Below are positions 52,544-63,680 of a DNA stretch of 64,000 nt, piece by piece (the stretch's first letter is position 1; every line of letters begins with the position of its first letter). Under the pieces are notes generated by a model. It was not told the origin of the DNA, made no database searches, and worked only from the letters and a program-made list of their open reading frames with translations. The stretch is from positions 30,876,001-30,940,000 of the forward strand of contig OZ241833.1 of assembly GCA_965202585.1 (NCBI GenBank), written 5' to 3'. Origin of the DNA: Thalia democratica (lineage: Eukaryota). The translations under genes were made by a program, and so were the position numbers.

Positions 52544-55500
52544 ATGTCCTCAGATGAGGGAACCCCTTCTAAATCTCAAAATGAAACTAACAGTAAGTCT
52601 TTAATTTATTTTGTTCAGATTGATTTTGACAATATATACCAAAGTAAACAGTTATTAGGCTATTCATAAAAAATTATCCATATAATTCTTTTAATCAAAT
52701 AAAGAGTAGAAATTAATTTATCTGATATTTAACTATGATTTCATTAATTAATAAGTTAATGTCATTTAGTAGAAATTCTAAATAATAGCATTAATTAAAT
52801 TAAGAGTTTGAATACAGTAATTCTAAATCATGTTGTAATTTTGGTGCATGGCTGTTTACAAAGAACATATTACCATCACTACACAACTAGAGTCTATCTA
52901 TATCTCATAGGACTAATTATAACATAAAATACTGATACCAAATTGTAAAATGTTTCAGTACATATATCATTTGTGTATGTTTTCCAAATCGATTTTCAAT
53001 TTGTCATTTTTCTTAATGTGCATGCATGTAAGCTTTAAGTAGTGTATTTAATCAATATCAGATGTCAACTAAAACAAAGTAACTTATTGTTGCTCTCTGC
53101 ATCTTAAACTAAGAAGTGTTCATGTATGAAATTGTTATTTCAATTTAACAAATTCTGTTACTTATTGAAAGAATGAGATGTCTAAATGTAGTACCTAAGC
53201 TAATGATAAATTTTCTATTTCAAAATGTAAGATATAGCCTAAGTTTAATTTATTTGTTTATTTTTTTTTTAATTTGTAAGAGACACCAGTACATAAATTT
53301 GTGCAAATATTACAAACAGTATCTGTTCAAGACATGTTAATGTATCCAAGTTTTTATTCATCTCGAATTGTGTAGAAAAATTCTCCCATTGGTGCCTCTC
53401 TTAAACATCTAAAACCTTTAACCATTAGTTATAGCAAACCCACAGCATGTATTTCTTCAGCTCTGCAGAATTTTTAAGCTTTTCCTAATAACTTGGTCAT
53501 CCACAAACATAGAATTGATAATTTGAAATAAAAATGCATATGTTAAATGTTAACTTAAGTATACATATCAGGTAAAAATTAGACATAATTATATAAAGAG
53601 TATTGAGTTTTTTTTCACAGATTAGCATTATAATGTTAAAACCATAGTGAAGTTCATTAAGGGGGTCTGATACATAACAAATGTTTACAGATATTAGAAC
53701 AAGTTTTCACTCATTTAATAGAATATTTAGATTTGAAAACATTAAGTTTATTAATCACATAATTAATTTTGTTGAGTATTCATTATAAAAGAAATTAGTA
53801 TTAACCTATTTCTGCAAATAGTACTAGTTGTGCCAATTGTAATATTTTTTTATAGTAAATGAAATTTATTGAAAGATATATGTTAAAATTTACAAACATC
53901 ATATTAATTTAAAAAATAAAAAACATATTGTTCTCTCAGTACTGCAATACACTTTGTACTTAAAGGTAGACTATTAAAAAAAATAAAACTTGGAATCTTA
54001 AATAAACTAACACTACTTGGACCAAGTGATCAAAAATTTTAAGCCACCTCAATATTAGTGAATGACATTTAAATCATAACTAACACATTGTGTATATTAA
54101 ATAATTGTTGAATTATCATAAAATGTTAAAAAATTAATCATCATGGTAACTTATGTATAGAATGCTATACAATATGTGTTGCAAACTTGATAGATGTAAG
54201 CCAGCAATTAAGTATAGCAAAATAATGACATAACATAAATGTTCTGATCAACAAACAATTCACAGCACATGCATCTGGCAGGGCAAGGAGGCAAAAGTCT
54301 GCCAGGTACAACAAGAGGCAGGCAGCCCTGGAAAAACTTCAGCAGTCCAAGTTGACTGGGAGCAGAGCCAACCCTGATGTTAGTTGAATTGATAGTTTCA
54401 CCAAAATGTTTTTTAAATAAAAAATCAATGTTTCATGTTTGAGCTACAACTGCAGTGAATTTGTTTGAATTGAGTTTTATATTAATATTTGTAAGATAGT
54501 CAAAACCTGTCAGAAAAGATTTTTTATTAGTTATAATAGCTAGCCCAAGCTGGGAATATTTTTACTCTTAAAAAGTGCTAAAGTTTGAGCCTGATGGAAA
54601 AACTGGGCAATTTTAATGAATTTTATAATGACAACATCAGTAATTTAAAAAGATGTACTTGTATAGTTAATTTTAAATTTTTTTTAAACATCCATATAAG
54701 TTGATAAATCTTTGAGGAATAAATGAATTGTATATATATATATATAATATATAACTATATATATATATATGATTGAAGCTTATATTAATGTATGCCTAAG
54801 AAATAATGAAACAGTAAAGAACACTAATGTATTTTGATACTTGATTTAAACCTAGCTGTTAGCTTTCTATTAAGTATAAAGAAGAACAGCTTTTTTGAAC
54901 ATGGTTTTGAACACCCCTAATGCCTAGAAAAGCTAAAGTTTTAACAATTTGCATGTATAATAATTAACCCAAAAACACAAGAGATGTAAGTAGATCAGTT
55001 GTACCCTCTTATGGTGTTTTTTGAAATAATAAGTCCATTCTACCTCTAAAATTTTTAATAATTTACTTTTAACCACAGGAAGAGCAAATAGATGACTTGT
55101 ATGAGACTGTTGATGAGGAGGAATACTCAAGGAGGGTGGAGGAAAGATTAGAGGATGACTGGATTGAAGATGATGGCACTGGGGACTACATTGATGACGG
55201 CAGGGAGATATTTGATGATGAAACGGCTGAGAACCGGGCACACAACAGGAGGGAGCAGCAGAAGAAGCAGGCTGTAGATGCTGAGAAGGCAGCGAGGAAG
55301 GCTGCAAAGAAGAAGACAATCAGCAAAATGGTCAAGAGTGGTGATATTCAGAAGATGCTGTCTGCTGCTAAGAGGACCCATACAGTGAGTTTTAATCTTA
55401 TTTATGTAGTATGTGGTGCTCAAAAAGGGATAAGTTAGATGAGAGTATCAAGTTTTAAATTTTAAATATAGCTTAAGTTTGTATTAATTGACTACTGCTG

Positions 55501-58500
55501 AAGCTAAAAATTTTGAAATTATCAATGAATCAAAACTAAATTCAAAATTGGAAGACATAATTAAATAAATTTTTAATCAATTTTCAGACAACAAAAAAAG
55601 AGGCATTCAAGAAAGATGACATGCTTGATGACATCATGGGAGAACTGGGTGGCTCTGATGATGTCATAGAAGAACCTAAAATATACACCCACCACAGGAA
55701 GCCGGTTGCTAGGAAACAGACCCCCTCAACCAGCAGCCAGTGGAGGAAGCCCCAGCTTAAGAAGAGGGTGTCAACAAGCTTAATGAAGCAGAACAGACCT
55801 CAGCAGGTGAAAATGTCTCCTGCCAAGCCACCTACACCTCCACCATTGATCAGGAAACCAATTGATGAACCTGTTGAAATAAATGTAAGTATTGAAAGTT
55901 AAATATAATGTTTATAAATTCTAATAAATTGAAACTGTTTTTACAATATGCTGTTTTTTAAAGTTAAATGAAAAAATATCTAAAAGTTTGATTCTACATG
56001 TTGGCAGAAATTTTTATAGACATTTTGCTTTCAGGAGGAATTTGAAGCAGAAATGATGGAAATGCCAGATGATTTTGACTCTGTTGAGCCCATGGTACAT
56101 GACAACTCTCCACCAGAGAAGAAAATTAAACTGGAAGCTGAGCAACCTGCTGCAAGTGAGTCTCACCATCATGATTTTGATGATGATGATTTCGCCGACA
56201 TTGATTTCGATGATGACATCCTGGAAATTGATGCTCCTGTGCCTAAGAAGGAAATCAAAATTGTTAGTTATTTTTGCAATAATCTTATACTCAAGAAAGT
56301 GTTTTAAACTTACAGAATTTTCTAGAATTTATCAGATATTCATAGATAAGTTTTCATTATCAAGTTTTAACAGCTTATAAATATCGGAGGTAATAAAAAA
56401 GTTATATGATGGAGTGTAATACTAAAAAATAGTTTTAGCCACAAGTCTGCAAATGAAGCTTTAAATTCAATCTGAACTTTTTAGGAGCCCAAACAGCCCA
56501 AACATGAGTGGGATGGAAAGTTGAAGTTTCAAAACGTCCAGCAGCAAACCAATAACATACCAGTTCAGCATGGAAAGTTACCAGTAAAAACTGAGAATGG
56601 TGAACAAGTTAGTTTTGGCATTATAAAATTAACTCGGTCTTTAATAATGTTTTTATAAGTAAGAATTAATAGCTATTGAAAAAAGTAAAAAAAAACTCTT
56701 GTTCTTGTCGTTCTTAAGAAGAATAAAACATAAAATTGTGAGTAATTTGGTAGTATAAGGCAGTTATACTCCACCAGAAAAATAAACTTGATTTCATTGA
56801 CAGGTACTGAAGTTCTTCTGGTTGGACGCCTACGAAGACCAGTACAAGCAGCCTGGCTGCGTCTATCTGTTTGGCAAGGTCCACTGCGACAAGTCTGACA
56901 GGTACCTCAGCTGCACGGTGGTTGTCAAGAACATCGACAGGATGTTGTACCTGCTGCCTAAAGAAAAGGGAGACGGTGAAAGGTATGAGATATCTGAAGT
57001 TTACCAGGAAGTCAATGAGGATATTGAGAGCAAATATGGCCTTAAAGTCAGCTCCAGGGACGATTTCACATACAGGACAAAGGTAAATTCTTTAGAAATA
57101 TAGTTGATAACAATTGACTAGTTAATAAAAATAGATTGGAATTAAAATTATTAATCTACAGATGCCTGAGATGAGAAATGTGTTTGCTGCAAATGATGTG
57201 CCCAGGGACAAGACTCAATACCTGCAGATTTCCTACCCAGCAAAGTATGGTCGTTTCCATGAAAACGTGAGGGGCAAGACTTTCTCCCACGTCTTTGGCA
57301 ACAATTCCTCAGCCCTTGAACTTTTGCTGCTTGAGAGGAAGATTAGGGGACCAAGCTGGCTAACCATCACCAAGTTTGTGTCAAAAGGTGAGTTGTGTGC
57401 TGAATTGATTGCTTGAAAACAAACTTTGGTATAAATAGGACCAAGTTAAAGGTATTTTATAAAACAATTTATATCAGTAACATCTTTTATGTTTCTACAG
57501 CCCATTTAGGATCGTTTATGAGCCACAGCAAGTTTGAGTTGGAAGTGAATTCTCCAAAAAGCGTCACAGTGGACACCAAACTGACTTCAGTCCCGCCCCT
57601 CTCCGTTCTCACCATCAATCTGGTCACGGTTCCCAACCACAACACTAATCAGAACGAGGTTTGTTATGGATTATAAATATTTAAGGAGTGTTTTTTAAAT
57701 AAATGACTGTTGAAATAACCTTAGTGTTTTTATACTAAAAAAAAAAATTGCATACTTAATCAACAGATTGTTGGAATTGCAGGACTGATACACAATGCGT
57801 TTCCAGTGGACAAGCCAGCTCCAAAACCAGCATTCAACAGCACCTTCTTTGGTGAGTTTCACATTTATAAATAACACATTGACAGATAAGCACATAAAAC
57901 AGTTCAGTACAGTGTGAAGCTCAGTGCAGTCTTGTCATTAGTAGTTAGCAGTAGTTAGTTGTAAAACTGAAGTTAAATCAGGATAAAAAGGGGGCAGGAT
58001 AATCAGGCGTAAACATTTGTAGCACCATTTACAGGCGAATCGCATCCTTGTCACTGTTAGTCATTTTCTTGTGCATCGGTTGTCATGGTAACTATTGCAC
58101 AAGTGAATGACCCCCTGTGACAGAGGACCACACTTCACAAAGAAAATCTTGAAGAAGACTTCAACATTGTGTAAGTGATGTTTCTTGTTTAATTAAAATA
58201 AGTAAATAACATAACTATTATATATCTGTTACTATTGGGCTTATAAATGAGCAATTTTCTGCGAGGAAACTCATTGGGCAACCCAAAACATTGAAAATAT
58301 TTTGTATTGCACAATTAGTTTCCCCGTGGACTGTTTGCACAAACTTCTTCAAGGTTTCATCCACAGTTGGGAAAAATTTTACTACTACCTAGGCAGACAA
58401 TTTGAAGTGACGTTCCACCAAGAGGCTCACCTCTCGAGGGGGCTGTGGGTAGGATTTCTCTTGTGCTATAGCTCGAATTTTGGCGGCTATTGCATAAGAG

Positions 58501-61500
58501 ATTCCCGACCACGGCTGCCCGCTTAAAGAGGTGAAACGAAGACGTATGTATTAAATGGCAGTCGGATGGAGGCGGGAGTTCGTGTAAGACATCTTTTGCG
58601 TGTTTTGTGACGTCACAACAGCTGGTGTATTGCACGGAAATTCCGCCCGCATCAGGCTGACCATAAACCCTACCAAGCAGAAAGAAGATGGTTGAAAAAT
58701 GTTGGTTTACAATAAACTCTAGTATTATATTAATATATTTTAACCATCTAGTTACTGTAACTTAATTAGTCAAATTTAATTACTGAATTTTAATAGCTGA
58801 AAAGGTTGAATATTTAGTACATTCTGAGCGGTTGGGCCTGGTGTGGGTTAGTGCAAGGCAACAGGTGACGAAGTTTCACCCAACTTGTATTGCACTAATA
58901 CACGCCAGGGCCCCACTGCATCACCATGACAACACGCCCCAACCACCACCATGGCAGCAAGAAACGCAGAAAACAAGGAGGTCTACATTCGGCAAGAACT
59001 CGCGCAACTACTTACCTCTGTGACGTATTAATACCGATCTCATTGTGTCGTAATTGCACGAGGTCTTGCCCGATTTATTCCTGCCACTGACTCGTCTGTA
59101 AATGGTGCTATTAAAAGTTTTTGAAATTACTAAATGGTTTGAATTTTAGATTTGTTAGATACTATAGAGATTTCAAGTAAGCTTGTTTTTTAGATTTATT
59201 GTCAGAAATATGAATTAATTTGTCCGCAAATTTCAGTGAAGGTTTACCTTAGAATATAGTTTTATCAATTAATTATTGTTTCCGTAAAGACGAAGGTTGG
59301 TTAAAAGCTAGGTTTGTAAGTAAACAGCGCCAGAGTGTATTTTTATGAAACAAATATATAAAGGAGTATTTATGTTTATGTTAGCTGAATTTAAACATTT
59401 TCTGAATAATTTTAGTAAGCTTAATTAAATTGTTGCAAACAGAAATATTTATTGTTTAGACACAAATAAAAGATAAGTTAACAGAAAAAGTTGAATATTT
59501 CCAGTTTGATGGTTAAAAACTTGAACATGATTTAAAAAAATATCAATTTTCAGATAGTTAGTCTGATATGAAAATAAGTTATACATAGTAGTAAGGAGAA
59601 TATAGATTGCTAAGAATAGAAAATAACATTGTAAAAAATAAAATTAATAATACATGGTGTAAATGCATACACAACTTATAAAACTGTATACAAATGTAGA
59701 TAGGATTTTTTTCTTATAGACAGCATCAGACAGCATATTTTATGAAAACTTTATGCAAGTGAAACAGTTAAAGTTTTGTTTAAAATGTTTTAATATGTAA
59801 AAGTTTTGAGTTTCATACAAGCACAAGTATTGATAATCAAAATATTTTGTACCATCATTTTTTGTTTAAACTTATTGTAAGTTATATGTTGCATGTATAA
59901 TTGAGTTGTGAGCTTAATAATTTACAACTATTCTAAAACAAATTTTAAAATTAAGGTTAACCAAGATTTTACTTAATATTTAATGTTGCTTTAATGTGAT
60001 CGTGTGATTGTTGGTTGCGTGATAAATTTCTGAAAACTTTGTAATTTTCTCAGCGCTGACCAAACCAAAGAACTGTCTGATACCGTTCGACTTCAAAGAC
60101 GAGGCCAAGAAAAAGAACTATGACGTATCAATATCGATGAATGAAAAAGATCTGCTCAAGTTTTTCCTGGCCAAGCTCGCACAGGTTTGCTTGTTAAACA
60201 TTTATATATTTTTACTATCAATATTGTATTTGTATTAAAGAGAATAACAAAAATAGCTGCTTCATGAACAGTTATACTGGAATATTCAGTTTTTTAAATC
60301 TGAATATAATTGTTTGTTACACAATTAAGACAAGATAAGTATTGGTTAAAATCACTTAGTACTATTACAGTTTCATATAATAAAATGGTTTGTTTACGTA
60401 TTATACAAGGTTACTATGGAATAAAATGTTAATATTTTGTCTTCAGTATAAGTATGCTAATGACACAAAGTTAGAAAAAATGTTCATTTGTTTTTACTTA
60501 AACTTTAAAGGTGGTTAAAACTAATTGCAAAAATCTGGAAATTAGTTAAAATGTGTTTTTTTCTGCACCATTAGTCAAGTTTGTAAAATGCTAATTGTCA
60601 ATCTTTTCATCAAAACAAAAATAGTACTACCTAAAATGCACAAAAAATTTTTTTAGAAAACAGTAGAACAGTAAATAACTTATTATATATTTTAATAAAC
60701 AAAATTAAATTTAAGATAAATGGTGCTTAAAAAGCTTTTTTATCACTGTAAAAAGATTTTCTATTATTAAAAAAAAAAAACGATATTTTAGTGAAACTTT
60801 TTTTTCATTAAATTGAAACAAATGTTTAAAATTTTTTGAATTTTTTTTTCACAGATAGACCCGGATGTGATTATGGGTCACGATCTGGTGGACTTTACAT
60901 TGGACGTCCTTTTAACCAGAATGTCAAAGCACAACGTGGACAACTGGTCCAGATTGGGCAGGCTCAAAAGAAAGTTCATGCCCAAGTTGAAGGTTTGTAA
61001 TTTGTTAACTTTTCTGATGCTGGTATTTTCCGCACGTAACCGAAGTACTTATAAAAATCTCCAGCTTTTTACAATGGAACTAGAACAGATTGGTGTGAAA
61101 ATAGTGGCACCGCTCTGTTTTAGTTCCACTGTAAAACACTGAAAAATCTGCAAAAGGTACTTTCGCGCTCTCTGTTTGAGGAAACTGAAAAGGCGTTTGA
61201 ATCTGTATGTAAGTTTGTTAGACTAAACATAATTTGAATATGAATATCATTATTTTATTTGATCTTTAAAAAAATAAAATTCTAAAAATAGAAAAGTGCA
61301 CATACTTTTTGTTATAAATATGGCTGATGATGAGATTTATAGTAAATTATGACAAACTTTTTATTTGAATTTACTGAAAAAGTTTACAACTCCGCTATTA
61401 ACATATTGGAATTTTATTGGTGAAACTGTAAGTTCAGTAGCAGAAAGGGGAGTTACTATTTAAAAACCAATAAAATCTAGTTGTTGTGAAGGATTACAAA

Positions 61501-63680
61501 CTGATAACATCTTTTGTCGAGCTTAAGTTGTAAACATGTCAAAATAATTTGTGATTTTGTACGGCTTAAAATGACCTTAACCTTAGTTTGAAGATAGTTC
61601 TGAAGTAAAAGCTTTTGTATAAATAAAGTAAAGCAGTTCCAAAAATCTAAAAAAGTAAAATTACACCAGAATGTTTTTTTTGTTTCATAATTATAAACTT
61701 ACAACTCAAAAACAAATTAGCTTAATGTTTTATATTGATCTTGTTATTTAATTAACAAGTTAAATCATTTTAAATACTATGAAACAAAACTGAGTAAAAT
61801 TTCTCTTTAATAATTTTTTGTAAGTTTAAGTCAAATTAAACATTTACTTGGATACAACATTTTTTAAAGTATTTAATATTTAATTCTTTGTAGTTGTTGT
61901 TACTGTTCTAAAGTTTTACCAATGTGTTTAAATTGTTATTAGTATTAGTGTATACCATTTTTCAGTTTTTAAAACAACCTGTATCTCATTCTAAACTTAA
62001 TGGAACTGATTACAATACCTTTTCAAACTCTTAAAAAAATTACAACTAATATTTAGCATTTATACCTAGAGCTTAATTAAAAGAGGTTCAATATCAAGAG
62101 TTAATTATTGTAGAATTCATAATTTGATAAACATTTAATAAATAATTTAATGACTAAAACAACAATAACCATAAATATCCATGACTTCAAAACCCCATTA
62201 TGTGTTTTTATATATAAAATTTAAAAAAATATATAATGATTAGTATTAAAATACATCCAGGTATAAAGAAGTGAGCCAAAATTAAGTTTAAATGTTTAAA
62301 AATAGTAAAGTTTGACTATATTTAAACACTTGATATAAATAATTGACAAAAATAAATTGTATTCTTAGTTAGAAAAAACCTGTATCTCATTCTAAACTTA
62401 ATGGAACTGATTACAATACCTTTTCAAACTCTTAAAAAAATTACAACTAATATTTAGCTTTTATACCTAGAGCTTAATTAAAAGAGGTTCAATATCAAGA
62501 GTTAATTATTGTAGAATTCATAATTTGATAAACATTTAATAAATAATTTAATGACTAAAACAACAATAACCATCAATATCCATGACTTCAAAACCCCATT
62601 ATGTGTTTTTATATATAAAATTTAAAAAAATATATAATGATTAGTATTAAAATACATCCAGGTATAAAGAAGTGAGCCAAAATTAAGTTTAAATGTTTAA
62701 AAATAGTAAAGTTTGACTATATTTAAACACTTGATATAAATAATTGACAAAAATAAATTGTATTCTTAGTTAGAATTGAATATAAAAGAGTATATTAGAA
62801 ATACATGTATTTAAAAGACCTAAAATATATTTTTTAACATATAACCAGACTTTAAAATAAATGATGTTTTGAATATTACTTAATACAACACTTAAAGTTA
62901 TACAATTATTTTCAACTACATATATGCATGGTAGGAAACAAGATTTAAAAATTTATTGCAAAATAATCTGAGCATAATTTCTAATCAAAATAAAGGTTAA
63001 ATGGCTTAAATTAAAAGGAGTTCTTATCAAATTGGAACACTAGAATTTTTAGTAATACATTTTAATAATAAATAAACTAAGGCCACATTGGCTGGCAAGC
63101 GAATCAAGCTAGGTGTTATACTTACTTATTTACTACAGGATTTCTTCTATTGAAAACTGTGTTTGATTTTTTAATGTTTGAATTATTTTATTAAAAAACA
63201 CTATATCTCGAAATTATTAAGACATTTATTTTTTTATTGTAAACAATTGCTTTTTTCTACTTGAATTCAAAGGTGCTTTCAGAGAAATGCAAAGTTTTTA
63301 AGGGACACGCAGCTCAAGTTTCCAACTAGAACCCTTTTTTTTCAACCTAAAATTACAAAAAATATTCTGACTGATGTCACATTAATTTAAAAAAAAAATA
63401 GACTCTTACAGTTATGAGTTTTTTAAACTACTTATTTTAATTTTTGGTAATCAAAATATACATTCAACAACATATCTTATTTGAGAATAGTTGTAAACAT
63501 GCAGGGCTTCACCAAGATGGTTGATCGCCTGGTTACATCCGGGCGTGTGTTGTGCGATCTGAAGATTTCCGCCAAGGAGCTGATAAGGTGCAAGAGCTAC
63601 GACCTGACCACTCTGGCGCAACATGTTCTCAACCAGGGACGCATGGAGCTGAAACCGGAACTCGTGCCGTCCATGTACAA
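52544..63680 (+). CDS. POLA1: DNA polymerase alpha catalytic subunit, 5' part (continues beyond the window)
   Basis: Exons 52544-52592, 54266-54378, 55079-55384, 55588-55884, 56035-56262, 56485-56607, 56804-57082, 57162-57387, 57501-57658, 57767-57851, 60054-60184, 60855-60992, 63505-63680 are in frame. Peptides recalled as matching POLA1: [48 protein letters not shown]...[56 protein letters not shown]. Confidence 0.96.
58046..58126 (+). ncRNA. Candidate pre-miRNA 1, miR-92 family (3p UAUUGCACAAGUGAAUGACCCC, 58093-58114)
   Basis: Arm 58060-58082 pairs with 58089-58111 (about 20 of 23 positions including G-U), with a 6-nt loop and a lower stem tgtcac/gtgaca. The 3p arm starts with seed AUUGCAC. 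Confidence 0.8.
58259..58329 (+). ncRNA. Candidate pre-miRNA 2, miR-92 family (3p UAUUGCACAAUUAGUUUCCCCG, 58305-58326)
   Basis: 30-position stem (ctgcgaggaaactcattgggcaacccaaaa / ttttgtattgcacaattagtttccccgtgg) with 5 single mismatches and an 11-nt loop. Seed AUUGCAC is on the 3p arm. Confidence 0.8.
58438..58520 (+). ncRNA. Candidate pre-miRNA 3, miR-92-like seed variant (3p UAUUGCAUAAGAGAUUCCCGAC, 58488-58509)
   Basis: gctgtgg/ccacggc lower stem, ctcttgtgc/gcataagag core, atagct/ggctat upper stem and an 11-nt loop. Seed reads AUUGCAU. Confidence 0.75.
58561..58657 (+). ncRNA. Candidate pre-miRNA 4, miR-92 family (3p UAUUGCACGGAAAUUCCGCCCG, 58628-58649)
   Basis: gatggaggcgggagttcgtgtaagacatc pairs with ggtgtattgcacggaaattccgcccgcatc. 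The roughly 30-nt loop is itself structured (ttgtgacgtcacaa palindrome). Confidence 0.78.
58828..58919 (+). ncRNA. Candidate pre-miRNA 5, miR-92 family (3p UAUUGCACUAAUACACGCCAGG, 58888-58909)
   Basis: gggcctggtgtgggttagtgcaaggcaa pairs with ttgtattgcactaatacacgccagggccc. The 23-nt loop has an internal ggtga/tcacc stem. Confidence 0.8.
58987..59075 (+). ncRNA. Candidate pre-miRNA 6, miR-92 family (3p AAUUGCACGAGGUCUUGCCCGA, 59052-59073)
   Basis: tcggcaagaactcgcgcaactac pairs with gtaattgcacgaggtcttgcccga (3 mismatches, 1 bulge). The loop is large (about 38 nt) and the seed is AUUGCAC. Confidence 0.7.
61067..61136 (+). ncRNA. Isolated pre-miRNA-like hairpin in a POLA1 intron
   Basis: 61067-61096 pairs with 61107-61136: 30 positions, 2 mismatches, 3 G-U pairs, 10-nt loop. 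I recognise no known seed. Confidence 0.45.
61976..62775. repeat. Near-perfect 401-bp tandem duplication in a POLA1 intron
   Basis: 61976-62374 is repeated at 62377-62775. I see two substitutions (tagcatt/tagcttt, accataaat/accatcaat). Confidence 0.92.

Larger units (their letters stand above)
58020..59110. repeat. Long-range inverted repeat enclosing the hairpin array (17 bp core, 19 bp with flanking TA)
   Basis: GCACCATTTACAGGCGA at 58022-58038 and TCGTCTGTAAATGGTGC at 59092-59108 match 16/17. The single difference gives a G-U pair on the + strand. Both ends are flanked by TA. Confidence 0.85.

Noticed and set aside
58302-59031. ORFs 58302-58526 (+), 58357-58635 (-), 58832-59023 (+) and a 26-codon ORF with a good Kozak context at 58951 as a nested protein gene
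   Set aside because: No recognisable homology or spliceable chain. The GC content is explained by the hairpin array they overlap.
59016-59094. Apparent minus-strand exon (TTACAG acceptor, GTAAGT donor)
   Set aside because: No partner exons found. The acceptor is part of the inverted repeat and the body is the loop and arm of hairpin 6.
61010-61210. H/ACA snoRNA or scaRNA (human POLA1 hosts one, as I recall)
   Set aside because: No clean H box between two hairpins and no terminal ACA. The long near-perfect stem lacks a pseudouridylation pocket.
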